DNA of 64,000 nucleotides from Bacillales bacterium. GTDB lineage: Bacteria; Bacillota_I; Bacilli_A; Izemoplasmatales; UBA1188. The position numbers were made by a program, and so were the translations under genes. The stretch is from positions 206,250 to 270,249 of the forward strand of contig JACKCW010000001.1 in the NCBI GenBank assembly GCA_020633845.1, read 5' to 3'. This document shows, piece by piece, positions 34,828-45,017 of this stretch. Under the pieces are notes generated by a model, which was not told the origin of the DNA, ran no database searches, and saw only the letters and a list, made by a program, of their open reading frames with translations. How positions within the stretch are numbered: position 1 is the stretch's first letter; the number at the start of each line of letters is the position of its first letter.

Positions 34828-35790
34828 ATGAAAAGGAAGGAGCATAAAAAATTGAAAATTAAAAAGATATTTACGGCATTACTTACCTTAGCGCTCTTAT
34901 CAGGCCTCTTAGTTGCGGCCTCGGGATGCACCAATAATACTACCGGAGCGAATATAACGGTTTATACAAGAGACACAACCAGCGGTACGAGAGACGGATT
35001 CTTTACTAAAATAGGTTTCTCGGAAGCTAAAGAAGATAACTCTTACTTAGTTGAAGGTTATGTTGAAGTCGACGGTAACGGATCAATGATCGCCGCCATC
35101 AAGAACGATGAATACGGAATAGGCTACATTTCCCTCTCTACCCTCTCCTCATCGGGCCTCAAAGGTTTGACATACGAAGGCATTGAACCAACTGAAGCCA
35201 ACGTTCTTAATGGAACATATGGTCTTACCAGAAACTTCAATTACTGTGTTAGAAGTGAATTTACCGACAACAAAGTAGAAGCAATAGTCGATGCGTTTGA
35301 AGCATTTCTTACTACCAGCGACGCCAAGACAACCATGATTGAAAAAGGCGGAATCGTGAGTGTAACATCTTTAGATCCGACTTGGGATTCAATAAAAGCA
35401 AATTACCCGATTTGCAACGAAGACAACTCTTCTGTTACAATCAAATTCGGTGGCTCGACATCAGTTGAGAGTATGGCTAAAGCTTTATCGGCCGAATTCT
35501 CAGCTAAATGCGGAAACTTCGTAGCTGAGCACAACCACAAAGGATCAGGAGATGCTTATAAAAGCACTCAAGGATCAGAAAAGGATGGAGCCAATTATTT
35601 AGATATCGCCTTCCTTTCCAGAGAATTTAACGAAAGCGAAACCCCGGCACAAGGAACTTATGGTAAAATGTGCATAGACGCTATCGTGGTTGTGGTTAAT
35701 AACAGCAACAGTTTAGACTCGATAACCGCCGAACAAATAAAGAGCATTTACGATGGAACAATTACTAAGTGGAGCGAAATTAGCAACTAA
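34828..35790 (+). CDS. pstS: phosphate ABC transporter substrate-binding lipoprotein
   Basis: Lipobox LVAASGC; TSGTRDGF and GYISL motifs. An alternative TTG start at 34852 has the better RBS (GGAAGGAG). Confidence 0.88.
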   Translation: MKRKEHKKLKIKKIFTALLTLALLSGLLVAASGCTNNTTGANITVYTRDTTSGTRDGFFTKIGFSEAKEDNSYLVEGYVEVDGNGSMIAAIKNDEYGIGYISLSTLSSSGLKGLTYEGIEPTEANVLNGTYGLTRNFNYCVRSEFTDNKVEAIVDAFEAFLTTSDAKTTMIEKGGIVSVTSLDPTWDSIKANYPICNEDNSSVTIKFGGSTSVESMAKALSAEFSAKCGNFVAEHNHKGSGDAYKSTQGSEKDGANYLDIAFLSREFNESETPAQGTYGKMCIDAIVVVVNNSNSLDSITAEQIKSIYDGTITKWSEISN

Positions 35791-36706
35791 CAGCGCTATC
35801 AAAAGAAAAACAACTTTAGACAAAGCGGTACACGGAGTGTTATTTGTGATAACACTCCTTTGTGCGTCTATAATTGTTTTTATTGTCCTTTTCATCGTCA
35901 TTAAAGGATCAAGTCCGTTTCTTAAAAATTATTCCATCGGCGGTAATTTATATAAAGTTAATTTATGGACTTTCCTCGTTGGTAGTGAATGGTATGTATA
36001 TCCCGCTAAATATGGAGTCGGTTTCATTATAGTAGACACCTTTTATGTGGTATTTTTATCTCTTTTAATTGCGGTTCCGATTTCCGTCCTAACCGCTCTT
36101 TTTATTTCAAGAATAGCTCCGAAAGTGATTGGAAAGGCCTTGTCTTACGTTATTGAGCTTTTAGCGTCTATTCCTTCCATCATCTACGGACTTTTCGGTA
36201 GAGCTAAAATAACCGAAGGAGTTAAATGGGTTTCTTCTCTTTTCGGTTATCAGTCAGCCGGCGGCATATCGGCTATGTCTACCGTCATAGTCCTGGCGAT
36301 TATGATTCTCCCTACTATTACGCTTTTATCTTTAACCGCCATTAATGCGGTTAGGGACGATATAATTAAAGGCTCGCTCGCTTTAGGGGCCAGCCCTACT
36401 CAAACCAATTTTAAACTTGTCTTAAGAGGTGCTAAAAGCGGAATATTTTCCGGCATTATTCTTGGGGTCGGGAGAGCGCTTGGTGAAGCGACAGCCGTAT
36501 CCATGGTGGCCGGTAACTCCGGAAGTGGGCCTTCTTTTAATCTGTTTGATACGACAAGAACCCTGACTTCCACGATGCTCCTGGGGTTAAATGAAACCTC
36601 CGGTCTCGACTACGATATTAGATTCTCGGTCGGTATTATCTTAATTTTAATGATACTCTTAACCAATCTTTTACTTACTCTTTTAAAAAGGAGTATCGGG
36701 AAATGA
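35753..36706 (+). CDS. pstC: phosphate ABC transporter permease PstC
   Basis: Polytopic membrane protein with an EAA-like loop (ALGASPTQTNFKLVLRGAKSGI). Ends with TGA. Confidence 0.9.
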   Translation: MEQLLSGAKLATNSAIKRKTTLDKAVHGVLFVITLLCASIIVFIVLFIVIKGSSPFLKNYSIGGNLYKVNLWTFLVGSEWYVYPAKYGVGFIIVDTFYVVFLSLLIAVPISVLTALFISRIAPKVIGKALSYVIELLASIPSIIYGLFGRAKITEGVKWVSSLFGYQSAGGISAMSTVIVLAIMILPTITLLSLTAINAVRDDIIKGSLALGASPTQTNFKLVLRGAKSGIFSGIILGVGRALGEATAVSMVAGNSGSGPSFNLFDTTRTLTSTMLLGLNETSGLDYDIRFSVGIILILMILLTNLLLTLLKRSIGK

Positions 36707-37899
36707 GAAAGACAAAAGATTTATTATCGAACATATTCACCTATCTCTTTTCCAGTTTTGGAATAATTATCCTTTTTTCTATTTTGATTTTTATCTTTAG
36801 AAACGGCCTTAGCTCTCTTTCCTGGAAACTTATTACAAGTGACTATTACGAGACCACTTATACTCTTAAAACTGCGGGAAAAGAAGAGGGCACCTTTACT
36901 TGTCCAACCCTAACGGCTGATGAATACTTTTCTTATCGTTATGGGGTAGTATTAAAAGACTCAACAAATCTCGTGGGAGAAGAAGTGGTGGAAATTACCT
37001 ATATTGCGGAAGATTCGCCTTTTCTCTCTTTAATTAATACATCATCAGAAGAGATAGTCTCTCTTGAATGCGGCTTTAATATTTCAAAGATAGTAATGAG
37101 TAACGATATCGGGGATTATATTTACGCTTTAGGTAGGGGCGGCGCCAGCAACATGGCTTCGACTATGGACACGTCTAATATTATTACGGATATGGTCGCA
37201 TCAGAAGGAGGAGGCGGTATAAGGGGATCTTTGATTTCGACCCTTTATCTCATTCTTTTGACCTTAATCATTTCATTACCGATAGGCGTGCTCGCCGCCA
37301 TCTATTTAAACGAGTACGCTCCCAAGAAGAGATTTATTGAAATAATAAGAGGCATGATTGATATGGTGGCGGGAATTCCTTCTATTATATTCGGCTTAGT
37401 CGGAGCGATAATCTTTATTCCCTTCTGTAATAACACGATAGGCTCATCAGGAGGATCTATCGCATCAGGCGCTCTTACCATGTCTTTGATTCTCTTGCCG
37501 ACCATCATCAAAACTACAGAAGAAGCTTTAAAGGTAATTCCAAAAGGTTATAGAGACGCTTCCCTCGCCCTTGGGGCCAGCAAGACTCAAACCATCAACA
37601 AGGTAATTCTGCCTAACGCAATCCCGGGAATTCTAACGGCCGTCCTTCTCTCAATCGGAAGAATCATCGGCGAATCGGCCGCTTTAATCTATGCGGTTGG
37701 GGTTGCGATTAAAGATACGATTAAAATCAATGAAAAATCTACCACGCTCGCGGTGCATATCTGGTCGCTTATGAGCGGAGAAAATCCGAACATAGCTACC
37801 TCCTGCGCCATATCAATAATTATTCTTCTGGTGGTATTCACTCTAAACGTTATCGTGAAACTTATCTCGAAGAAGCTCAACAAGATGGAGGTAAAATAA
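36703..37899 (+). CDS. pstA: phosphate ABC transporter permease PstA, with an enlarged first extracytoplasmic loop
   Basis: EAA-like loop [22 protein letters not shown]. About 140 residues lie between TM1 and TM2. Confidence 0.88.
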   Translation: MRKTKDLLSNIFTYLFSSFGIIILFSILIFIFRNGLSSLSWKLITSDYYETTYTLKTAGKEEGTFTCPTLTADEYFSYRYGVVLKDSTNLVGEEVVEITYIAEDSPFLSLINTSSEEIVSLECGFNISKIVMSNDIGDYIYALGRGGASNMASTMDTSNIITDMVASEGGGGIRGSLISTLYLILLTLIISLPIGVLAAIYLNEYAPKKRFIEIIRGMIDMVAGIPSIIFGLVGAIIFIPFCNNTIGSSGGSIASGALTMSLILLPTIIKTTEEALKVIPKGYRDASLALGASKTQTINKVILPNAIPGILTAVLLSIGRIIGESAALIYAVGVAIKDTIKINEKSTTLAVHIWSLMSGENPNIATSCAISIIILLVVFTLNVIVKLISKKLNKMEVK

Positions 37900-37901
37900 T
37901 T

Positions 37902-38651
37902 ATGAATAATGTCTTTTCAGTAAAAAACGTCGATTTGTTTTACGGAGAAAAACACGTACTAAAAAATGTATCCTTTGATATACCGGAAAAACAGGTCACG
38001 GCTTTTATCGGCCCTTCCGGCTGCGGGAAATCAACTCTTCTTAGGTGTTTTAACCGCATGAACGATCTCATCCCTTCCTGCAATATAAAAGGAGAAATCC
38101 ATTTTCATGATCGATCCGTTCAGGAAATCAATCCGATTGAACTTAGAACCAGAGTCGGCATGGTGTTTCAAAACCCGAACCCCTTCCCGATGTCGATCTT
38201 CGATAATGTGGCCTATGGTCCAAGATGCCAAGGGATGAAAAACAAAAAGGAAATTAACGATCTTGTGGTTGATTCTTTAAAGAAGGCTTCGCTTTATGAA
38301 GAAGTAAAAGATAGACTTAAAGATAACGCTCTTGGATTATCCGGCGGACAACAACAGAGACTTTGTATCGCGAGATGTATCGCAATGAAACCGGAGGTCA
38401 TCTTAATGGACGAACCGACCTCGGCTTTAGACCCGATTGCCACTTTAAAGATTGAAGAACTTATCAATGTACTCAAAGAGGAATATACTATAGTTATAGT
38501 GACTCACAATATGCAACAAGCATCCAGAATTTCTGATTACACCGCTTTCTTTATGCTAGGAGAAGTAATTGAATTTTCTTCAACCATCAGTTTGTTTAAA
38601 AACCCGAAAAATAAAAAAACCGAAGATTACATTACCGGAAGATTCGGCTAG
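37902..38651 (+). CDS. pstB: phosphate ABC transporter ATP-binding protein
   Basis: Walker [10 protein letters not shown], signature LSGGQQQR, Walker B ILMDEP. Confidence 0.95.
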   Translation: MNNVFSVKNVDLFYGEKHVLKNVSFDIPEKQVTAFIGPSGCGKSTLLRCFNRMNDLIPSCNIKGEIHFHDRSVQEINPIELRTRVGMVFQNPNPFPMSIFDNVAYGPRCQGMKNKKEINDLVVDSLKKASLYEEVKDRLKDNALGLSGGQQQRLCIARCIAMKPEVILMDEPTSALDPIATLKIEELINVLKEEYTIVIVTHNMQQASRISDYTAFFMLGEVIEFSSTISLFKNPKNKKTEDYITGRFG

Positions 38652-38662
38652 GAGGATAGAAT

Positions 38663-39304
38663 ATGTTTATCGACAGTGAAATTAATAACGTTAACGGACT
38701 CATTAAAAAAATGTCTTCTCTTGTTCAATCAAACATTAGACAGGCCATCGGTCTTTATTTAAGCAAGGGAGATAATGAAGACACGACTATAAACGACGAG
38801 ATAGTCAATCAATACGAAAAACTGATTGACGAGGTTTGTATTGATATTTTAATTAAGGAACGTCCTTATTCCAAAGACTTAAGAGAAATCTTTGCGGTAA
38901 TAAAGATGGTGGACGACCTCGAAAGAATCGGCGACCATGCCGAAGATATTAAAAACTTTTCTTTGAAATTACGAGGAACCCTAGAAGAAAGAAATCCGGA
39001 AATCGATATAATGCTCGATAAAGCTTTAAAGATGATAGACGACGCCATTGAAAGTTTTGTGACAATGGATAAGGCTTTAGCTGTTAAAACCATTAAGGCT
39101 GATGACGAAATTGATGCAATGTATGACAAAATTATCGAATCCTTAACTAATTATCCGATTAAATCCCATACCGCACAGAACTTCGTGATTTATACCACTT
39201 TAATTGTTAAATACATCGAAAGAATCGCTGATCATGCGACTAATATCGCGGAGTGGACGGTTTATATTGTTGCCGGAATCTTCAAAGACGAGATACAAGA
39301 TTAA
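38663..39304 (+). CDS. phoU: phosphate signalling regulator PhoU
   Basis: Two PhoU repeats with (D/E)RI(G/A)DHA motifs (LERIGDHAED, IERIADHATN). Confidence 0.9.
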   Translation: MFIDSEINNVNGLIKKMSSLVQSNIRQAIGLYLSKGDNEDTTINDEIVNQYEKLIDEVCIDILIKERPYSKDLREIFAVIKMVDDLERIGDHAEDIKNFSLKLRGTLEERNPEIDIMLDKALKMIDDAIESFVTMDKALAVKTIKADDEIDAMYDKIIESLTNYPIKSHTAQNFVIYTTLIVKYIERIADHATNIAEWTVYIVAGIFKDEIQD

Positions 39305-39311
39305 TATTTAA

Positions 39312-39346
39312 AAAATAGACCCGCTAAAATATGGCGGGTTTTTTAT
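39312..39346 (+). terminator. intrinsic terminator of the pst-phoU operon
   Basis: acccgc-taaaatatg-gcgggt hairpin followed by a T-run. Confidence 0.8.
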
Positions 39347-39502
39347 TTTTGATGGCAAATACCTAAAAAACTGGTAAAATGAGGCATAATCAACCAATAG
39401 TTGAGTGAATATTCAACTTATAAGTTAGTAATCCGCCAGATAGTTGCTGTAAAAAGGATATATTTTTCAGTACAATAGTGGTGTCATAAGGAGGACAAAA
39501 CA

Positions 39503-39997
39503 ATGAAAGAAACATTTGGAGAAAGATTTTCTAGACTTAGAAAACAAAAAGGTTTAAAACAAGAAGATATCGCGTTTAGAGTAAATATTAGTCCGCAGGC
39601 GGTTTCAAAATGGGAGAACGATATTTCCTCGCCGGATATATCAATCTTACCTACCCTCGCAGAAATTCTCGGTGTTAGCTTAGACGAACTACTCGGAAAC
39701 GAAAAGGAAAAGCCGATTGAGATGATACCGGAAGAAAAAAGAAAAGATATCGATAAGATGGTCTTTAAAATTGTGGTTAATTCTGCCGACGGCGACAAGA
39801 TTAGAGTTAATTTACCGATGCCGCTTGTCAAACTCGCGATAAATAGCGGAATGGAAGTGCCGCAGATTAACGGAAACAGCGCTCTTAAGGATATCGATTT
39901 TAAAAAGCTTTTCGAACTTGTGGAACAAGGTGTGGTCGGAAAATTAGTCGAAGTAGAATCGGCAGACGGAGACTTTATCTATATTACGGTCGAATAA
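39503..39997 (+). CDS. XRE-family HTH regulator with ~80-aa C-terminal domain
   Basis: RLRKQKGLKQEDIAFRVNISPQAVSKWENDISSPDIS HTH. The C-terminal domain contains NSADGDKIRVNLP ... VESADGDFIYITVE. Confidence 0.8.
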   Translation: MKETFGERFSRLRKQKGLKQEDIAFRVNISPQAVSKWENDISSPDISILPTLAEILGVSLDELLGNEKEKPIEMIPEEKRKDIDKMVFKIVVNSADGDKIRVNLPMPLVKLAINSGMEVPQINGNSALKDIDFKKLFELVEQGVVGKLVEVESADGDFIYITVE

Positions 39998-40251
39998 TGA
40001 AAATAAAAGTCAGATCGAAGGAAGATAATTTTCATCTTAAAATATGGATTCCGACTTCTTGTATTCGCTGGAAATGGATTTGGAATGTGGCCGAAAAACA
40101 CGATAAATCATCCGGAGTAGACTACGAGGTTTTTAAAGCCATCAGCCCTAAGCTGTTTAAAGAATTACAAAGATACATTCAAGAAAACGGTCACTTCACT
40201 TTGGTAGATGTCATATCTTCTGACGGAGATATAATTAAAATAACAATTTAA
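39997..40251 (+). CDS. small protein paralogous to the C-terminal domain of the preceding XRE regulator
   Basis: TAATG overlap with the previous gene. MKIKVRSKEDNFHLKIWIP ... LVDVISSDGDIIKITI parallels the XRE C-terminal domain. Confidence 0.6.
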   Translation: MKIKVRSKEDNFHLKIWIPTSCIRWKWIWNVAEKHDKSSGVDYEVFKAISPKLFKELQRYIQENGHFTLVDVISSDGDIIKITI

Positions 40252-40267
40252 TCGATAAGCGAAAAAG

Positions 40268-40299
40268 AAAAACGCGCTTTTAAACGCGTTATTTCTTTA
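40268..40299 (+). terminator. terminator-like hairpin
   Basis: aacgcg-cttttaaa-cgcgtt followed by ATTTCTTT. Confidence 0.55.
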
Positions 40300-40344
40300 T
40301 TGCCAAAAATCGCAGGAATCGAGAATTAAAGACGGAGAAAACCC

Positions 40345-42156
40345 ATGAAAAACAAGAAAATGAACACAATAGACGTAGTTAAAGAAGAACTATCGATGCT
40401 TAATAAAAATACTAAATACACCGGACTATACATTACGCTTTTTGCCTTAGCGGGCGGAATTCTTCCGGTAGTTGCCTCATTAATACCAAAGATAATCATT
40501 GACTATCTAACCAATCAATCTTCATCAGAGACGGTTGTAAAAGCGATTATTTTTCTTTCCGGGGCATCTTTAATTCTTTCGGTCATATCAGCCGTATTTA
40601 ACCGGCTTGCATCCGTAGATTTTATGGGCTTAAGGTTAAAAGAGTATACAAAAGTCACAAGAAAATATCAATTGATAGATTATAAATATCTAGAGGATTC
40701 CAAATTTAGAGATTATTTTGAAACCGCAACCATCGCACTAGATAGCGACAATAGAGGTTTTGAAGGTTTATTAAATAACTTTCTAAGGATTTGCCCATTA
40801 TTTATAACAATTATTGCGCTTGCGGTTTTACTCTCATTCTTTAATTTGTGGATTGTCCTTGCGTGTCTTTTGTCGGCCTCAATTACGGTTTTAACGAATA
40901 AAATATACGGTTCATATGTATCCAAAAGAAAAGAAGAAAGTTCAAAGAAATACCGACAAAAGGATTACTACTCTCGCCTTGCCTACGATTTTTCTTACGG
41001 GAAAGAAATAAGGGTTCATAATCTCGAAAAAAAGCTTTCTAAGGACTATCAAAATAAATCCATTACCTACATTAAAGTCGTAAAGGATATTGCGAATAAA
41101 AAATTTGGGCTCGGGTTTTTAGAACTATTGTTTGTGCTCTTTCAGGATGCCATAGCCTATTATCTTGTAATAAGGGCTTATTTTATCGGAGATGCCACCT
41201 TAGGAGAAGTATCATTTTATATTGGCGCCATCATTGTCCTTTCGACATCTTTAAGGAGCCTTGCGGATCTTATTTCCTTACTTGTGAAAAACGCATCGTA
41301 CTCCAAAACATATTTTGAATATGCTTCGGACAACAAATATTTTTCCGAAAGAGGGATTTTAAAAGCTTTGCCCGAAGACGAAAAACTGGAAATAGAATTT
41401 AAAAACGTTTCTTTTAGATACCCGAACACGGAAAACTATGTTTTAAAAAACTTTAACTTTACAATTCATAAGGGAGAAAAACTGGCTCTGGTAGGTTTAA
41501 ACGGCGCCGGGAAAACCACTATTGTAAAACTGATTACCGGCCTATTTCAAGTGGATGAAGGCGAGATATTAATTAACGGAATCAATATAAACGAATTTGA
41601 TAAAGAAGAATACAAAAAGATGTTTGCCTCTGTCTACCAGGAAGTTAATATCTATGCCGCAACCATATTAGAAAACGTCATCGGGACGGATAAAACCGAG
41701 GATGAAATACAAAGAGGAAAAGATTGTCTTTTAACAGCCGGGCTTGGTGATAAAATCAACTCTTTAGAAAATGGCTATGACACTCAACTCTTAAAAGTAG
41801 TAGAAGATAACGGAACGGAACTATCAGGAGGCGAAAGCCAAAAGGTGGCCATTGCGAGAGCCTTATACAAGGGCGGAAACATGGTAATTCTCGATGAACC
41901 GACCTCGGCTCTTGATGCTTTAGCCGAGGCAAAAATCTATGAATCGTTTAATTCGCTGACTAGTGATAAAACTTCGCTTTTTATTTCTCACCGTTTATCT
42001 TCGACTAAGTTCTGCGATAAGATAGCGCTCTTTTCAAAAGAAGGTCTTAAGGAGTATGGAACTCATGATGAATTAATGGCCATGAAAGGCGATTACTACA
42101 ACATGTTTGAAACACAAGGTAAGTATTACAAAGAAGGAGTAGAAGCCAATGAATAA
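40345..42156 (+). CDS. ABC exporter, fused permease/ATPase, subunit 1
   Basis: Six-TM domain. Walker A GLNGAGKTT, signature LSGGESQK, Walker [11 protein letters not shown]. Confidence 0.9.
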   Translation: MKNKKMNTIDVVKEELSMLNKNTKYTGLYITLFALAGGILPVVASLIPKIIIDYLTNQSSSETVVKAIIFLSGASLILSVISAVFNRLASVDFMGLRLKEYTKVTRKYQLIDYKYLEDSKFRDYFETATIALDSDNRGFEGLLNNFLRICPLFITIIALAVLLSFFNLWIVLACLLSASITVLTNKIYGSYVSKRKEESSKKYRQKDYYSRLAYDFSYGKEIRVHNLEKKLSKDYQNKSITYIKVVKDIANKKFGLGFLELLFVLFQDAIAYYLVIRAYFIGDATLGEVSFYIGAIIVLSTSLRSLADLISLLVKNASYSKTYFEYASDNKYFSERGILKALPEDEKLEIEFKNVSFRYPNTENYVLKNFNFTIHKGEKLALVGLNGAGKTTIVKLITGLFQVDEGEILINGININEFDKEEYKKMFASVYQEVNIYAATILENVIGTDKTEDEIQRGKDCLLTAGLGDKINSLENGYDTQLLKVVEDNGTELSGGESQKVAIARALYKGGNMVILDEPTSALDALAEAKIYESFNSLTSDKTSLFISHRLSSTKFCDKIALFSKEGLKEYGTHDELMAMKGDYYNMFETQGKYYKEGVEANE

Positions 42157-43915
42157 GAAAAAATTTATTTTACCTAAATTTATTTTATACACCTATAAAT
42201 GTTATAAACCGTATTTTTTACTCGCCTTTCTTAACTGTATTTTCTTAGCCGGGTTTGCGGTTTATAACGCCTATTTTCTCTCGATAATAATTTCTTTCTT
42301 AGAAAAAGGCGTCTACCTAAACGCGCTTTATATGGGTCTTTTTCTAGTCATCATTAATCTTATTTTCAATCTTCTCAGCAAACTCTTTAATAGACTTATT
42401 GAAGTGGCTAAAGAAAAGATGGAAGATGCGATTGATCGAGACGTGGCTAAAAAACTGATGAATACTTCCTTTGAACACCTAGAAGATCCGTCTTATCTGG
42501 ATTTAAAAGAAAGAGCGGAAATGGCGATCAAAAACATGGGGGTTGTCTATCAGACGATTACCGATCTCGCGGATGCTTTCCAGTACGCGATTACTTTAAT
42601 CGGTCTAGGGGCTATTATGATTCTTTTTGATTATCGATTAATCTTAATTCTTCTAGTGGCGATTGTGTTTAACGTTCTTTTAGTAATCTTATCTTTAAAA
42701 CTTCAGCTTAAATTTTATAATAATCTAATTCCGATAAATAGAAAATTCCATTATTACTTTACCGCTCTTCTAAACGAAAAGACCGGTAAGGACTATAGGA
42801 TGTATTCCATCGGCGAGTTTGTCGAAGGAAAATTCGAAAAGTTTATCGGCGCTTCTTTGCATCAAGTCACGAACCTTCTTAGAACCGACGCCTTTATCTC
42901 TTCGTCTTTAGAAATTGTCAAATACATTGAGATGGCCTTAGTATATGCGATAGTCGCGGTTAAAACTATTAACGAAGGTCTTTCCATTTCAACCTTCAGT
43001 TTGTATATTGCGACCGCAATAAGTTTCTCTACCTCAGTAAGCGCTATTATTGATAAAGGCATGAACCTTATTCAGTATGATAATTTCGCGACGCCTTTAA
43101 TGGAACTCATCGGCATCTCGAAAGAAGAAGATAAAAAAAGCGGGCTTAAGTTTGAAGGACCGATTAGATCCATTGAATTCAAAAACGTTTCTTTTTCTTA
43201 TCCAAAATCTGAAGCAATAATTTTAAATGACGTATCTTTTAAAATGAACGACAAAGAAAAAATATCGATAGTCGGCCTAAACGGAGCCGGAAAAACGACG
43301 ATGGTAAAACTGCTCTCCGGGCTTTATAAGCCCCAAAAGGGCGAAATCCTGGTAAACGGGGTTGATATATCTTTATATGATTACGATTCTTATATCAAAG
43401 AAATCAGCACGGTATTTCAAGACTTTAAATTATTCGCTTATTCTTTAAAAGAAAATATATTGAATATTGAAAACGGATCAGATGAAGACGCCTATAACGC
43501 GGCCTGCCTTGTGGGGCTAAAAGAAAAGATAGATTCACTCCCCGATGGGATTAATACTCTTTATACCAAATCATATGATGAAGGCGGTATCGAACTATCG
43601 GGCGGAGAAGCGCAGAAAGTGGCAATCGCGAGGGCACTTGCCTCCGGGTCCAGTTTAATTATTCTAGATGAACCGACAGCGGCTCTTGATCCTTTATCCG
43701 AGGCTGATATATATGAAAACTTTAATAGTCTTGTGAAAGATAAAGCAGCAATCTATATATCTCACAGAATGTCTTCTTCAGTATTCTGTGACCGGATACT
43801 TGTAATTGATAATGGTAGAGTAATAGACTTTGATACTCACAAAATGTTGATGAAAAAGAAGGATAGTTTATACTACAAATTATTTACCTCCCAAGCTAAG
43901 AACTACGCCGGGTAA
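42149..43915 (+). CDS. ABC exporter, fused permease/ATPase, subunit 2
   Basis: Overlaps subunit 1 by 8 nt. Walker A GLNGAGKTT, signature LSGGEAQK, Walker B ILDEPTAALD. Likely a heterodimer with the previous gene. Confidence 0.9.
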   Translation: MNKKKFILPKFILYTYKCYKPYFLLAFLNCIFLAGFAVYNAYFLSIIISFLEKGVYLNALYMGLFLVIINLIFNLLSKLFNRLIEVAKEKMEDAIDRDVAKKLMNTSFEHLEDPSYLDLKERAEMAIKNMGVVYQTITDLADAFQYAITLIGLGAIMILFDYRLILILLVAIVFNVLLVILSLKLQLKFYNNLIPINRKFHYYFTALLNEKTGKDYRMYSIGEFVEGKFEKFIGASLHQVTNLLRTDAFISSSLEIVKYIEMALVYAIVAVKTINEGLSISTFSLYIATAISFSTSVSAIIDKGMNLIQYDNFATPLMELIGISKEEDKKSGLKFEGPIRSIEFKNVSFSYPKSEAIILNDVSFKMNDKEKISIVGLNGAGKTTMVKLLSGLYKPQKGEILVNGVDISLYDYDSYIKEISTVFQDFKLFAYSLKENILNIENGSDEDAYNAACLVGLKEKIDSLPDGINTLYTKSYDEGGIELSGGEAQKVAIARALASGSSLIILDEPTAALDPLSEADIYENFNSLVKDKAAIYISHRMSSSVFCDRILVIDNGRVIDFDTHKMLMKKKDSLYYKLFTSQAKNYAG

Positions 43916-44033
43916 TTCGCAAAAACTCCACGTTTTTAGACATTTATAAAAGTTGTCACTCAAGCAACACTTTATATGCTTGTATAATTTTATTTGATAA
44001 AATGTCTATATATAAAAACGGGGGAACATATTT

Positions 44034-44834
44034 ATGTTTGATATGAAGAAGACCGGAGCGAGAATTGCGTATTTGCGAAAGAGGCAAAATATGACGCAAA
44101 TGGAACTGGCCGATAAAATGGAAATTACTTATCAAGCCGTAAGTAACTGGGAACGCGGGGACAATATGCCGGACATATCGAAATTAGAAAAACTTGCCCA
44201 GATCTTCCGCGTTTCCATTGATGAACTGATTACCGAGGAGAAAAAATCCGAGACTGTCGGATCTATTCTAGACTACATTTATGGCGGTGGTCTAATCGAT
44301 AAATGTTCAATGGATGATATCGCCGATGTCGCATCTATTTTTCGCCCCGACACCATCGATAAAATAGTGGAAGAAAAGAAGAAGGACGAGAAGGAAATCA
44401 ACAAAACGAGTTTTGAGACGATTAACGCGCTGGCGCCTTTAATTGACGAAGATTTAATTGTTGAACTCACAAGACAGATTAAGGGAGTATCCCTATCTAA
44501 TCTTTTATTTATTGCGCCCTTCTTATCAGAAGAATCCTTAACTGAGTTAATACAAGAAGCCTCCTGCGATTCGATTAAAGATTTGATAGGCCTGGCTCCT
44601 TATTTAGACCAAGCGGATCTTGATAAAATCTTAAAGATAAAAAAGGATTGTTTAACCGACATTAACGAAGTGGTAAGCATCGCCCCTTTCTTATCTGAAG
44701 AAGGTCTTTGCGATATAATCGAATTCTATATTGATAAGACCGGTAATATAAGGGGCATCGCTCCTCTTCTTCCATATCTCGGAAAAACTGGAGTCACTAG
44801 AATATTCAGAAAGTTTCACAAAAAACCGGAATAA
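44034..44834 (+). CDS. XRE-family HTH regulator with C-terminal ~28-aa repeats
   Basis: YLRKRQNMTQMELADKMEITYQAVSNWERGDNMPDIS HTH. Five repeats of the (L/I)AP(F/L/Y)L type (LAPLIDEDL, IAPFLSEESL, LAPYLDQADL, IAPFLSEEGL, IAPLLPYLG). Confidence 0.8.
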   Translation: MFDMKKTGARIAYLRKRQNMTQMELADKMEITYQAVSNWERGDNMPDISKLEKLAQIFRVSIDELITEEKKSETVGSILDYIYGGGLIDKCSMDDIADVASIFRPDTIDKIVEEKKKDEKEINKTSFETINALAPLIDEDLIVELTRQIKGVSLSNLLFIAPFLSEESLTELIQEASCDSIKDLIGLAPYLDQADLDKILKIKKDCLTDINEVVSIAPFLSEEGLCDIIEFYIDKTGNIRGIAPLLPYLGKTGVTRIFRKFHKKPE

Positions 44835-44890
44835 GATCTACTTTTAATAAAAGGGACAGATAAAAATAATAGATAAGAAAAAATCTATTG

Positions 44891-44899
44891 TGTTATAAT
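44891..44899 (+). promoter_or_regulatory. extended -10 element upstream of tRNA-Leu
   Basis: TGtTATAAT 25 nt before the tRNA 5' end; the -35 region is weak. Confidence 0.5.
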
Positions 44900-44924
44900 T
44901 ATTACGAGTTTATGACTCGTTTTT

Positions 44925-45014
44925 GCGGGTATGGCGGAATTGGTAGACGCGTTAGATTCAGGTTCTAATGAACTTCAAACGTTTGTGCAGGTTCAAGTCC
45001 TGTTACCCGCACCA
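44925..45014 (+). tRNA. tRNA-Leu (anticodon CAG)
   Basis: Acceptor GCGGGTA/TACCCGC, anticodon loop TTCAGGT, long variable arm, T-loop TTCAAGT, encoded CCA. Confidence 0.9.
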
Positions 45015-45017
45015 CAA

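Noticed and set aside
36704-36706. Possible UGA-as-Trp (code 4) usage, given the Mollicutes-like gene content
   Set aside because: TGA here ends pstC exactly where pstA starts (ATGA overlap). Conserved proteins read through at full length using TGG for Trp, so the standard code fits.
44931-45017. N-terminal extension of the acyltransferase ORF (MAELVDALDSGSNELQ...)
   Set aside because: This stretch is tRNA-Leu(CAG) read as protein. The tRNA folds cleanly, so the CDS must start at or after 45018.
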